DNA of 64,000 nucleotides from Bacilli bacterium (GTDB lineage Bacteria; Bacillota_I; Bacilli_A; ML615J-28; CAG-313): NCBI GenBank assembly GCA_017411715.1, contig JAFQPO010000005.1, positions 662 to 64,661 of the forward strand, read 5' to 3'. Shown piece by piece: positions 49,214 to 59,804 of this stretch (position 1 is its first letter; each line of letters starts with the position of its first letter). The notes under the pieces were generated by a model. It saw only the letters and a program-made list of their open reading frames with translations, ran no database searches and was not told where the DNA came from. The position numbers and the translations under genes were made by a program.

Positions 49214-50620
49214 ATGCCTTTTGAGAGTTTATCTGAAAAATTACAGATGTCCTTACGCCGTTTGGTTGGTAAAGGAAGAGTAACAGAATCAGATATTGAT
49301 GAAATGATGAAAGAAGTCAGAGTCTCATTATTAGAAGCTGACGTTAACTATAAAATAGTTAAAGCATTTATTAATGATGTTAAAGAAAAAGCCCTTGGTG
49401 AAAGAGTAATGAAATCTTTGACACCGGGCGATCAAGTTTTAAAAATTGTTAATGAAGAATTAAAAGCTTTAATGGGAGAAGAAGCAGTACCACTTAATAT
49501 GAATTTAAATGGAACAACTGTTATTCTACTTGCGGGGTTACAAGGTAGTGGGAAAACTACTCACGCTGGTAAACTTGCAAACTACATTCGTAAAACATAT
49601 AATGCTCGTCCAATGTTAATTGCGGCTGACGTATATCGTCCAGCAGCTGTTAACCAATTAGTTACAATTGGTAAGCAATTAAATATCGAAGTATTTGAAC
49701 GTGGCGTAATGATGAAACCAACTAACATTGTTAAAGAAGGTTTAGCTTATGCTAAAACTAAAAACTACAACGTTGTTATCATCGATACCGCTGGTCGTTT
49801 ACAAATTGATGAAGCTTTGATGCAAGAATTAGTTGATATTAAGAAAATCGCTAATCCTAATGAAATCATGCTTGCGATTGACTCGATGACAGGTCAAGAT
49901 GCGGTTAATGTTGCATCGACATTCCATAATACTTTAAATGTAACTGGATGCTTATTAACTAAGTTAGACAGTGACACAAGAGGTGGGGCTGCTTTATCTA
50001 TTAGATACATGACTAAAATACCAATTAAATTCTGTGGTATGGGGGAAAAATTAGATCAACTTGAAGTATTCCATCCAGACCGTATGGCAAGTCGTATTTT
50101 AGGTATGGGAGACGTTGTTAGTTTAATTGAAAAAGCTACTGAAAATATTGATGAAGCTGATGCTATGAAAATGATGGAACGTCTTGAAAAAGGATATTTT
50201 AACTACAATGATTATCTTGATCAAATTAAAAAAATCAAGAAAATGGGTTCATTAAAAGGAATTTTATCAATGATACCTGGTATGGGCCAACAACTTAAAA
50301 ATATTGACATTGACGATAAACAATTTGCGATTATCGAAGCAATTGTTTCATCAATGACAAAAGAAGAAAGAAAGAATCCAGAGTTACTTGCAAAAAGTCA
50401 ATCACGCCGTGAACGTGTAAGCCGTGGTTGTGGTAGACCTTATCATGAGGTTAATAACTTAACTCGTCAATTTGAACAAATGAAAAAACAAATGCAAGCA
50501 ATGATGGGAATGGATGAAAGAGAACTAAATAAAGTTGCTAAAGGTCAAATGCCGAATGGTATGCCTCGCCAAAAAGTTAAAAAAGGTAAAGGCAAAAACC
50601 GTGGAGGTTTTAGATTCTAA
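49214..50620 (+). CDS. ffh: Signal recognition particle protein Ffh
   Basis: GLQGSGKTT, DTAGRL, RMASRILGMGD, Met-rich M domain. Confidence 0.98.
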   Translation: MPFESLSEKLQMSLRRLVGKGRVTESDIDEMMKEVRVSLLEADVNYKIVKAFINDVKEKALGERVMKSLTPGDQVLKIVNEELKALMGEEAVPLNMNLNGTTVILLAGLQGSGKTTHAGKLANYIRKTYNARPMLIAADVYRPAAVNQLVTIGKQLNIEVFERGVMMKPTNIVKEGLAYAKTKNYNVVIIDTAGRLQIDEALMQELVDIKKIANPNEIMLAIDSMTGQDAVNVASTFHNTLNVTGCLLTKLDSDTRGGAALSIRYMTKIPIKFCGMGEKLDQLEVFHPDRMASRILGMGDVVSLIEKATENIDEADAMKMMERLEKGYFNYNDYLDQIKKIKKMGSLKGILSMIPGMGQQLKNIDIDDKQFAIIEAIVSSMTKEERKNPELLAKSQSRRERVSRGCGRPYHEVNNLTRQFEQMKKQMQAMMGMDERELNKVAKGQMPNGMPRQKVKKGKGKNRGGFRF

Positions 50621-50621
50621 A

Positions 50622-50655
50622 TAAAAAAAGTTTTACCTAGTGTAAAACTTTCTTT
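50622..50655. terminator. Bidirectional terminator between ffh and ruvA
   Basis: AAAAAAAGTTTTAC-CTAGT-GTAAAACTTTCTTT. Confidence 0.8.
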
Positions 50656-51219
50656 CTATCTAATTAATCGAAGTGCTTGCTTAATTAATTCTGCAACACT
50701 TGTATCATCATTAGGTAATTTCTTAATGACAGTTTTAATTTCTGTACTATTATAACCCAAAGCTTTTAATGCTTGTGATACATCTTCGAATTTAGGATTT
50801 AATTTGTTTGTCTTTTCAAGGTTATTGATATCAAGTTTGCCTTTTAAGTCAAGGATGATTTGTTGACTAGATTTAGTACCAATCCCTGGGAAGCGAATAA
50901 AGAAACTAGCATTTGCTTCATTAATAGCGTTAATGATTTCAGAAACACTACTTGAGGCAAGAATTGCTAGAGCACCTTTTGGACCAAGTCCTTTAACATT
51001 GATTAAACGTAAGAACATATCTCGTTCATCAATGGTTCTAAATCCATATAGCAAGATAGCATCTTCTCTAACATAATGATGTAAGAAGATTGTGATTGTT
51101 TCACCTTTTGTAAATTGATATGGATTAGGGACTAAAATTAAATAGCCAATACCGCTATTTTCAATCGTAATATTACTACTTGTAATGTAAGTTACAGTAC
51201 CGTTTATATAGTTATACAT
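50656..51219 (-). CDS. ruvA: Holliday junction DNA helicase subunit RuvA
   Basis: VREDAILLYGF, LINVKGLGPK.AL, PGIG.K..QQIILDLKGK, ALKALGY; own promoter TTGAAT-17-TATAAT on minus strand. Confidence 0.96.
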   Translation of the reverse strand: MYNYINGTVTYITSSNITIENSGIGYLILVPNPYQFTKGETITIFLHHYVREDAILLYGFRTIDERDMFLRLINVKGLGPKGALAILASSSVSEIINAINEANASFFIRFPGIGTKSSQQIILDLKGKLDINNLEKTNKLNPKFEDVSQALKALGYNSTEIKTVIKKLPNDDTSVAELIKQALRLIR

Positions 51220-51315
51220 AGTAAACTCCTAAATATTATTTGCTTTACTATATTATAACAAATTAATAAATAAAATTCAAGAAATGAAATTATCTCTTTT
51301 TAAGGAGGGGTTAAA

Positions 51316-52317
51316 ATGGATGAAAAAATACTAAGTCAATCTGCTACTTTATATGATGTTGAAGAAACATCACTTCGTCCCAAAACACTTAATGAATATG
51401 TTGGTCAATTAGAACTTAAAGAAATGTTGAAAGTTTATATTGAAACCGCAAAAATGCGTAGTGAGAGTTTAGACCATGTTTTATTATATGGCCCACCGGG
51501 ATTAGGTAAAACAACTTTGGCTTATGTTATTGCTAATGAAATGCATTCAAAAGTTAAAGTGACAACAGGACCTGCCCTAGGCAGACCAGGAGATTTAGCA
51601 GCAATTTTATCATCACTTGATGCGGGGGATGTATTATTTATTGATGAAATCCATCGTATACCTAAAGTGATTGAGGAAATACTATATTCCGCAATGGAAG
51701 ATTATTCAATTGATATTGTTTTAGGAAAAGATTCAACTGCATCAACTATAAGAATTGAATTGCCACCATTTACACTAGTTGGAGCGACAACTCGTTTTGG
51801 TGATTTAACTTCTCCACTTCGTGATCGTTTTGGAATTATTCACCAATTAGAATATTATAGCGAAGAAGAACTTAGTCAAATTATTCAAAGAACATCAAGA
51901 ATATTTAATTTTCCGATTAGTGAAAGTGCAACAAGTGAGTTATCTAAACGCTCAAGGGGAACACCACGTATTGCTAATAGATTGTTTAGAAGAATTAGGG
52001 ACTTTGCTCAATATGACAATTTGGTAGAGATTAATAAAGATATTACAAATTATGCGCTTGATAAATTAAATATTGACAAAGAAGGACTAGACGCAACAGA
52101 TCGCCGTTATTTAATGGGTTTAATTGAAAGATTTAATGGTGGGCCTGTAGGACTTGAAGCTATTGCGGCTACAATCTCTGAAGAAACTGTAACCTTAGAA
52201 GATGTTAATGAACCATATCTTTTACAGAAAGGATTTATTATTAGAACGCCACGTGGTCGTGCTGTTACTGAAAAAGCCTACAATCATTTAAACATTAAAC
52301 AAGGAGGTATGCTATGA
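51316..52317 (+). CDS. ruvB: Holliday junction DNA helicase subunit RuvB
   Basis: [38 protein letters not shown]. Confidence 0.98.
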   Translation: MDEKILSQSATLYDVEETSLRPKTLNEYVGQLELKEMLKVYIETAKMRSESLDHVLLYGPPGLGKTTLAYVIANEMHSKVKVTTGPALGRPGDLAAILSSLDAGDVLFIDEIHRIPKVIEEILYSAMEDYSIDIVLGKDSTASTIRIELPPFTLVGATTRFGDLTSPLRDRFGIIHQLEYYSEEELSQIIQRTSRIFNFPISESATSELSKRSRGTPRIANRLFRRIRDFAQYDNLVEINKDITNYALDKLNIDKEGLDATDRRYLMGLIERFNGGPVGLEAIAATISEETVTLEDVNEPYLLQKGFIIRTPRGRAVTEKAYNHLNIKQGGML

Positions 52318-53351
52318 GAATAGATGAATTTGATTATAATTTACCTCTAGAATTAATAGCTCAAACTCCACTTGCTAATAGAGAATCATCACGGCTTTTA
52401 GTTTTAAATAAAAATACTGGTGAAATTGAACATAAAATATTTAGTGATATCATAGATTATTTAGATGAATCAGATTGTTTAGTTTTAAATAATACGAAAG
52501 TTATTCCTTCAAGAATCTATGGTGAAAAGGCTGATACTTTAGCTAAGATTGAATTTTTATTATTAAAAGAAATAGAAAAAGATACTTGGCGAGCTTTAGT
52601 AAAGCCAGCTAAAAGAGTTAAAGAAAACACAATAATTAACTTTACTAATGAAGATGGTGAAGTTGTGCTAGAGGCTAAATGTACTAAAGTCTTAGATGAA
52701 GGAGAAAGAGTCTTTGAAATGAAATATCAAGGAATCTTTTTAGAAATTCTAAATCAAATAGGGACAATGCCACTTCCACCATATATTCATGAAAAATTAA
52801 ATGATCAATCAAGATATCAAACTGTTTATGCTAAGCATTCAGGTAGTGCGGCTGCTCCAACGGCAGGACTACATTTTACTCCTGAATTACTAGCAAAGAT
52901 TAAAGCTAAAAAAATTCAAATTGAATATGTTACATTGCATGTTGGATTAGGAACTTTTCGTCCGGTAACTGCAGAGACAATTGAAGAACATCATATGCAT
53001 AGTGAGTATTATGAGATAGATGATGATGTCGCAAATCGTCTAAACTTAGCTAAAAAAGAAGGAAAAAGAATTATCAGTGTTGGAACTACCTCAACTAGAA
53101 CATTAGAAAGTGTTTACGCTAAATATGGTGAATTTAGGGGTGTTAAAGAATCAACTAATATTTTCATTTATCCACCTTATGAGTTTAAGGCAATTGATGC
53201 TTTAATTACTAACTTCCATTTACCTAAGTCAACTTTAATAATGTTAGTTAGTGCTTTAGCTGGAAAAGAAAATGTTATGAATGCGTATGAATGTGCAATT
53301 AAAGAAAAATATCGCTTTTTCTCATTTGGCGATGCAATGTTTATAAAATAA
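52314..53351 (+). CDS. queA: S-adenosylmethionine:tRNA ribosyltransferase-isomerase
   Basis: [48 protein letters not shown]. Confidence 0.98.
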   Translation: MRIDEFDYNLPLELIAQTPLANRESSRLLVLNKNTGEIEHKIFSDIIDYLDESDCLVLNNTKVIPSRIYGEKADTLAKIEFLLLKEIEKDTWRALVKPAKRVKENTIINFTNEDGEVVLEAKCTKVLDEGERVFEMKYQGIFLEILNQIGTMPLPPYIHEKLNDQSRYQTVYAKHSGSAAAPTAGLHFTPELLAKIKAKKIQIEYVTLHVGLGTFRPVTAETIEEHHMHSEYYEIDDDVANRLNLAKKEGKRIISVGTTSTRTLESVYAKYGEFRGVKESTNIFIYPPYEFKAIDALITNFHLPKSTLIMLVSALAGKENVMNAYECAIKEKYRFFSFGDAMFIK

Positions 53352-53364
53352 AGGAGATGTTTAT

Positions 53365-54030
53365 ATGAAATACGAAATTAAAGGAGATCAATTACCTGTT
53401 GCGATTCTTACTTTAGATAAGGGTGAAGTTATTCATTCTGAGCGTGGCGCAATGAGTTGGATGAGTGAATCAATGATTATGAAAACAAATGCGGGTGGAA
53501 GTGTTGGTAAAGCATTTTCAAGAATGTTTTCAGGGGAATCAATGTTTCAAAATACATACGAAGCAAGTAAAGATGGAGATTTTGTAGCTTTTACAGCTTC
53601 ATTCCCTGGCCAAATCATGGTTTTAGATGTTGAGAATAATACAATTATTGCTCAAAAAAGAGCTTTCCTAGCAAGAGAAGCAAGTGTTGATATGTCAATC
53701 TTTTTCCAAAAGAAACTTGGAGCTGCTTTCTTTGGTGGTGAAGGATTCATTATGCAAAAGTTTAGTGGTAAAGGTAAATTATTTTTAGAAATAGATGGCT
53801 CATTAATCGAGTATGAATTAAAAGAAGGCGAATCAATGCTAATTGATACAGGATATTTAGCATTAATGACTGAAACTGTTAAAATGGATATTCAAACTGT
53901 TAAAGGTGTTGGGAATGCATTATTTGGTGGTGAAGGTTTATTTAATACTAAAGTAACCGGGCCTGGAAAAATTTGGATTCAAACAATGCCACTTAACAAA
54001 TTAGTTGGTTTATTTGGTGGAGATAAATAA
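53365..54030 (+). CDS. TIGR00266/AIM24-family protein
   Basis: ERGAMSWM, SGESMFQNTY, FFGGEGF, GGEGLF..KVTGPGKIWIQTMP. Confidence 0.9.
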   Translation: MKYEIKGDQLPVAILTLDKGEVIHSERGAMSWMSESMIMKTNAGGSVGKAFSRMFSGESMFQNTYEASKDGDFVAFTASFPGQIMVLDVENNTIIAQKRAFLAREASVDMSIFFQKKLGAAFFGGEGFIMQKFSGKGKLFLEIDGSLIEYELKEGESMLIDTGYLALMTETVKMDIQTVKGVGNALFGGEGLFNTKVTGPGKIWIQTMPLNKLVGLFGGDK

Positions 54031-54040
54031 TTATAATAGT

Positions 54041-54088
54041 AGACTTTAAAAGTAGGATAAATGATATTTACTTTTAGAGTCTTTTTTT
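54041..54088 (+). terminator. Rho-independent terminator
   Basis: AGACTTTAAAAGTA/TACTTTTAGAGTCT stem plus T run. Confidence 0.8.
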
Positions 54089-54163
54089 CTTTATCTTTAA
54101 TTGAGTTAAATTTTCCAATATATGGTATAATAAGGTTGAAATTATGTTTTAAGGATGATTATT

Positions 54164-56005
54164 ATGAAAAATAATTTAGGTGTTTATTATTTTCATCAAG
54201 GAACTAATTATTATGCATATAAACTATTAGGCAGTCACTATCAAAAAGACGCAACAACTTTTAGGGTTTGGGCACCAAATGCGAAAAAGATTGCGGTGGT
54301 AGGTGAGTTTAATGGGTGGAATAAAACAACTCATTTAATGTCGAAGATTACTGATGAAGGATTGTGGGAGATTACGATACCTGGCGTATGTGAGTATCAA
54401 GCGTATAAATATGCAATTCTTTCAAGACGAAATAGATGGGTTTTAAAATCTGACCCTTATGCATATCATTTTGAAATGCGACCTAATACTGCTTCTAAAG
54501 TATATAGTTTAGAAGGGTATGAGTTTAATGATAGTTCTTGGATGCAAAAAAGAAGTTGTCAAGTTAACCAACCAATGAATATTTATGAATTGAATTTAGC
54601 ATCTTGGCGTAAATATGAAGATGGTAATTTCTTTAATTATGAAAAGCTTGCTTATGAACTAATTGATTATTTAAAAGATTTATCATATACACATATTGAA
54701 ATAATGCCAATTAATGAATTCCCACTTGATGCTTCTTGGGGTTACCAAGTAACAGGTTTTTTTGGTATTACATCAAGATTTGGTACACCAAAGGACTTTA
54801 TGAAGTTTGTTGATTTAATGCATCAAGCAAACATTGGTGTTATTGTAGACTGGGTACCAGGGCATTTTTGTAAAGATGAACATGGTTTAATTGATTTTGA
54901 TGGCTCTACTTTATACGAACCAAGCGATAAAACAAAAAAAGAACATCTAAATTGGGGAACTAGATGCTTTGATTATGGAAGATGTGAGATTCAAAGTTTC
55001 TTAGTATCTAGTGCGATGTACTTACTAGAAGAATATCATATCGATGGTTTAAGAGTCGATGCGGTGGCATCAATGTTATATTTAAATTATGACCGTGAAG
55101 ATGGTAAGTGGCATCTTAATTCAGAAGGGACTAATATTAATCTAGAAGCCCTAGCATTCTTAAAAAAACTAAATGAGGCTATTCATAGTCATTATCCAGG
55201 GGTTATGACAATAGCTGAAGAGTCAACTACTTTTCCTAATCTTACTAAAAAAGTTAGTGAAGGTGGAGTTGGATTTGATTATAAATGGAATATGGGTTGG
55301 ATGAATGATACCTTAAAATATTTAAAAACTGATCCAATTTATAGACAATATGATCATCACTTAATTACTTTCCAAATGACTTACATTTATTCTGAGAAGT
55401 TTATTTTAGCCCTATCTCATGATGAAGTTGTACATGGGAAATGTTCATTACTTTCGAAAGCACCGGGAACATATGAACAAAAGTTTGCGGGGGTTAAAAC
55501 ATATTTAATGTATATGATGAGTCATCCAGGAAAGAAGTTGAACTTTATGGGATATGAGTTTGGTCAATTTATTGAGTGGCGTGATGCATATGAACTTGAT
55601 TGGTTGTTGTTACAATATGAACAACATCAACAAATGTTAGAATTTAATAAGAAACTTAATAAGATATATTTAACGAATAAACCATTTTATGAACTTGATG
55701 ATTCATGGTCAGGTTTTAATTGGATTAATGCTAATGATAATTCAAGAAATGTTTATTCATATGTGCGAAAAGACGCATCAGGAAATGAAATATTTGTCAT
55801 TCTTAATTTTTCACATAGTGAATGGCATAATTATAAAGTCGCACTTCCAACGGGAGATTATGAAGTGTTACTTGCAAGTAATGATATTTCTAATGGTGGA
55901 TACTTTGATGTTTATAATCAAAAATATCAATCAATTAATAATGAAATGTCACTTAATCTCCCAGCAATATGTGGAATATATTTAAGAAAGGTTAAACGGG
56001 ATTAA
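54164..56005 (+). CDS. glgB: 1,4-alpha-glucan branching enzyme
   Basis: [48 protein letters not shown]. Confidence 0.97.
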   Translation: MKNNLGVYYFHQGTNYYAYKLLGSHYQKDATTFRVWAPNAKKIAVVGEFNGWNKTTHLMSKITDEGLWEITIPGVCEYQAYKYAILSRRNRWVLKSDPYAYHFEMRPNTASKVYSLEGYEFNDSSWMQKRSCQVNQPMNIYELNLASWRKYEDGNFFNYEKLAYELIDYLKDLSYTHIEIMPINEFPLDASWGYQVTGFFGITSRFGTPKDFMKFVDLMHQANIGVIVDWVPGHFCKDEHGLIDFDGSTLYEPSDKTKKEHLNWGTRCFDYGRCEIQSFLVSSAMYLLEEYHIDGLRVDAVASMLYLNYDREDGKWHLNSEGTNINLEALAFLKKLNEAIHSHYPGVMTIAEESTTFPNLTKKVSEGGVGFDYKWNMGWMNDTLKYLKTDPIYRQYDHHLITFQMTYIYSEKFILALSHDEVVHGKCSLLSKAPGTYEQKFAGVKTYLMYMMSHPGKKLNFMGYEFGQFIEWRDAYELDWLLLQYEQHQQMLEFNKKLNKIYLTNKPFYELDDSWSGFNWINANDNSRNVYSYVRKDASGNEIFVILNFSHSEWHNYKVALPTGDYEVLLASNDISNGGYFDVYNQKYQSINNEMSLNLPAICGIYLRKVKRD

Positions 56006-56009
56006 AATT

Positions 56010-57206
56010 ATGCGTAAACACAAAAAATGTATTGCAATGTTACTAGCTGGTGGTCAAGGGAGCCGACTACTTGCTTTAACAACTAAAGTTGCAAAACCAG
56101 CTGTATCTTTTGGCGGTAAATATCGTATTATCGACTTTACTTTATCAAATTGTACAAATTCAAATATTGACACAGTTGGTGTTTTAACACAATATCAACC
56201 TCTTATTTTAAATGAATACATTGGTAATGGTCAACCTTGGGACTTAGACCGTTCATATGGTGGTGTTCACATTTTACCTCCTTATCAAGCAAAAGATAAA
56301 ATGGACTGGTATCGTGGTACTGCAAATGCAATTTATCAAAATATTGATTTTATTAAAAACTATAATCCTGATCATGTTTTAGTATTATCAGGAGACCACA
56401 TTTATAAAATGGACTATAATGATATGCTTGAATATCATATTGAAAAAGGTGCTGATTGTACAATCGCAACCTTAACTGTTCCACTAAGTGATGCTAGTCG
56501 TTTTGGTATTATGAATGTTGATAAAGATTTTATTATTACTGAATTTGAAGAAAAACCAAAACAACCAAAAAGTAATCAAGCATCAATGGGAATTTATATC
56601 TTTAAAACGGATAAACTAATAGAGTATTTAACACGTGATGAGTTAGATGAAAATTCTGCAAATGACTTTGGTAAAAACATTATTCCTAATATGTTAAATG
56701 AAGGTAATAAAATGGCAGCTTATCCATTTAAAGGTTACTGGAAAGATGTAGGAACAATTGCTAGTTTATGGGATGCTAATATGGATTTAATTGGTGAAGA
56801 ACCTTTATTTGACGTATATGACCCATTCTGGAAAATTCATTCAAGAAACGTTGGGGCAGAACCTCAATATTTAGCACCTACTGCGAAAGTAAGCAATAGT
56901 TTAATTTCTGGTGGGGCAAAGATTGAAGGAACTGTTGAAAACAGTGTTATTGGTTCTAATGTTGTAATTAAAAAAGGTGCTAAGGTTATTGATAGTGTTA
57001 TCTTTAATAATGCGGTTATCGAAAATGACGCAGTTGTTAATTATAGTATTATTGATGAATCTGTAGTTGTTAAAGAAGCATCACACGTTGGTGAGGCTAA
57101 AGGTGAAGGCATTGGTATCACTATTATTGGTAGAAATACTGTTGTTGAAAGTGGTAGTGTTATTCCTCATGGCCAAAATATTGATAGTGCGAAAGGAGAT
57201 AAATAA
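56010..57206 (+). CDS. glgC: Glucose-1-phosphate adenylyltransferase
   Basis: [43 protein letters not shown]. Confidence 0.97.
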   Translation: MRKHKKCIAMLLAGGQGSRLLALTTKVAKPAVSFGGKYRIIDFTLSNCTNSNIDTVGVLTQYQPLILNEYIGNGQPWDLDRSYGGVHILPPYQAKDKMDWYRGTANAIYQNIDFIKNYNPDHVLVLSGDHIYKMDYNDMLEYHIEKGADCTIATLTVPLSDASRFGIMNVDKDFIITEFEEKPKQPKSNQASMGIYIFKTDKLIEYLTRDELDENSANDFGKNIIPNMLNEGNKMAAYPFKGYWKDVGTIASLWDANMDLIGEEPLFDVYDPFWKIHSRNVGAEPQYLAPTAKVSNSLISGGAKIEGTVENSVIGSNVVIKKGAKVIDSVIFNNAVIENDAVVNYSIIDESVVVKEASHVGEAKGEGIGITIIGRNTVVESGSVIPHGQNIDSAKGDK

Positions 57207-58322
57207 ATGTTAGCAGCTGGAATTATTTTCGCGGATATCCACATTAAGCAAACTAAAGAATTAACTGCATTAAGAACTATTGCGTCAATTCCTTTTGGTG
57301 GACGTTACCGTTTAGTTGACTTTGCTTTATCAAACTTAGTAAATGCTAATATCGCAAAAGTAGGTATCATTACTAAACAAAATTATCAATCATTAATGGA
57401 TCACATTGGTTCTGGTAAAGATTGGGATTTATCTCGTCGTAATGGTGGGGTTTATATTTTCCCTCCATTTGGGCATCACCGTAGTGAAATCTTATATGAA
57501 AATCGTTTAGAAGCATTACAAACTGTAATGAACTTTATTAATAAATGTCAAGAAGAACATTTAATATTAATGGATTGTGACTGTGTTAATGTTGTTGATT
57601 ATAGTAAGGCTTTAAAAGAACATATCAAAAATAACGCAGATATGACAATTGTTTATCGTCATGGTGAAGTGACAGAAGATGCTAAAAACTATATGACTTT
57701 AGAAATGGATGACAATAAACGTATTCATGCGGCTACAATCACATCTAAAGTTGGTGAAGTGGCATCTACTAGTATTAACGTATGGATTGTTAAACGTAAA
57801 TTATTATCATCTTTAATTAGTGAAGCAAAAGCAAGTGGTGCTACATCACTTCGTCGCGACATTATTTTACCTAATTTAAATCGTTTAAGAATTTTTGGAT
57901 TTGAACATACTGGATTACATTTACATATTGATTCACTTGAAAACTATTTCGCAAATAATATGAAATTACTTGATCCTAGTATTAGAAGCCAAATCTTTGA
58001 TAATGAAGAATTACCAATTTATACTAAAGTTCGTGACTCAGCTCCTACTAAATATGGCTTTGATGCACAAGTTGAAAATAGTTTCATTGCTGAAGGTTGT
58101 GTAATTGAAGGAACTGTTAAAAATAGTATTTTGTTTAGAGGCGTAAAAGTTGGTAAAAATAGTGTAGTAGAAAATGCTATTTTAATGCAAGATACTAATG
58201 TTGAAGATAATGTTAATTTAAATTATGTAATATCTGATAAGAATGTTATTATTAGATCTAAACAAACATTATCAGGATGTAAAAAAATTCCATATTATAT
58301 TGGCAAAAATATAATGGTTTAG
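57207..58322 (+). CDS. glgD: Glucose-1-phosphate adenylyltransferase regulatory subunit
   Basis: ASIPFGGRYRLVDF, YQSLMDHIGSGKDWDL, YTKVRDSAPT. Confidence 0.95.
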   Translation: MLAAGIIFADIHIKQTKELTALRTIASIPFGGRYRLVDFALSNLVNANIAKVGIITKQNYQSLMDHIGSGKDWDLSRRNGGVYIFPPFGHHRSEILYENRLEALQTVMNFINKCQEEHLILMDCDCVNVVDYSKALKEHIKNNADMTIVYRHGEVTEDAKNYMTLEMDDNKRIHAATITSKVGEVASTSINVWIVKRKLLSSLISEAKASGATSLRRDIILPNLNRLRIFGFEHTGLHLHIDSLENYFANNMKLLDPSIRSQIFDNEELPIYTKVRDSAPTKYGFDAQVENSFIAEGCVIEGTVKNSILFRGVKVGKNSVVENAILMQDTNVEDNVNLNYVISDKNVIIRSKQTLSGCKKIPYYIGKNIMV

Positions 58323-58331
58323 GAGGTCAAG

Positions 58332-59795
58332 ATGGAAGGAAAGAAAATTGCAATTATTGCGTCTGAATGTCAACCATTTTTCGCATCAGGTGGTTTAGGA
58401 GATGTTGTTGGATCACTTCCAAAACGTATTTTAAAAGCTGCTAATGATAAAAAAGAAGAAAAGAATGAAGTTATTGTAATATTACCACTTTATTCAAAAA
58501 TTGCTAAAGAATATCGCAATAAATTAGTTTATGTTACACAACATGTTGTTACACTTGCTTGGCGTAAACAATACTGTGGTATCTTTAAATATATTGATAA
58601 AGGTGTTACATATTATTTCTTAGACAATGAGTATTATTTTAAACGTAGTGCTTATTATGGTTACTTTGATGATGGTGAACGTTTTGCTTTCTTTAGTAAA
58701 GCCGCAATAGATACATTATTATTCTTAGATATCGTACCAGATATTATTCATGTTCATGATTGGCAAACAGGACTTGTACCAGTATACTTAAGAACAAATT
58801 ACTTTGGTGATATTCGCTTAATGAATGTAAAAACAATTTTCACTATTCATAACATTGAATATCAAGGCAAATATTCTTTTGATGATGATATTATTGAAGA
58901 TGTATTTGGTATTGATAGTGTCAATGCATATTTACTTGAGTATAACGGATGTTTAAATATTATGAAAGCCGCAATGGAATGTGCTAACTTTGTTTCAACT
59001 GTTAGTCCAACATATGCAAATGAAATTCAAACACCACAATATGCTCATGGATTAGATTATGAAATTCGTCGTGTTGTTTCAGAAGGCAAATTAAGAGGCA
59101 TCTTAAATGGGATTGACAAGAATTTCTATAGTCCTAGTAAAGATAATGCTTTATTTGAAAAATACGATCGTAAGAGTATTGAAAAAAGAAACGTTAATAA
59201 AGTTAAATTACAAGAAATGTTAAACTTACCAGTTGATGAAAATATTCCAATGATTGGTATGGTAACAAGACTTGTATCACACAAAGGTTTAGAAATGGTT
59301 AAAAAAGCCTTTGAAGAATTAATGAAAGAAAAAGTACAAGTAGTCGTACTTGGTACTGGAGATGCACAATATGAAGGATTCTTCAAAGATATGGAAAATC
59401 AATATGGGTCTAAATTACGCGCCATTATTGCGTTTAATCAAGACTTATCACGTAAGATCTATTCCGCATCTGATTTATTCTTAATGCCTTCAGTATCTGA
59501 ACCTTGTGGGCTATCACAAATGATTGCTTCTCGCTATGGTAGTGTTCCAATTGTTAGAAGAACTGGTGGACTTGCGGATAGTATTTGTGATTTCACTTTA
59601 CCTGGTGGAAATGGCTATACTTTTGATAACATTGATCATAATGAAATGTTAAATGTTATTAAACGTGCTTTAAATGATTTTGAAAATAAAGAAACATGGA
59701 GAAAACATATTGAAAAAGTTATGAGCGTTGACTTTGGATGGACTGCATCTGCCAAAAAGTATTTACAGATGTATGAAGAAATTTTAGAAAAATAG
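58332..59795 (+). CDS. glgA: Glycogen synthase
   Basis: SGGLGDV, HVHDWQ, GILNGID, PSVSEPCGLSQM. Confidence 0.97.
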   Translation: MEGKKIAIIASECQPFFASGGLGDVVGSLPKRILKAANDKKEEKNEVIVILPLYSKIAKEYRNKLVYVTQHVVTLAWRKQYCGIFKYIDKGVTYYFLDNEYYFKRSAYYGYFDDGERFAFFSKAAIDTLLFLDIVPDIIHVHDWQTGLVPVYLRTNYFGDIRLMNVKTIFTIHNIEYQGKYSFDDDIIEDVFGIDSVNAYLLEYNGCLNIMKAAMECANFVSTVSPTYANEIQTPQYAHGLDYEIRRVVSEGKLRGILNGIDKNFYSPSKDNALFEKYDRKSIEKRNVNKVKLQEMLNLPVDENIPMIGMVTRLVSHKGLEMVKKAFEELMKEKVQVVVLGTGDAQYEGFFKDMENQYGSKLRAIIAFNQDLSRKIYSASDLFLMPSVSEPCGLSQMIASRYGSVPIVRRTGGLADSICDFTLPGGNGYTFDNIDHNEMLNVIKRALNDFENKETWRKHIEKVMSVDFGWTASAKKYLQMYEEILEK

Positions 59796-59804
59796 AGGTT
59801 CCAA

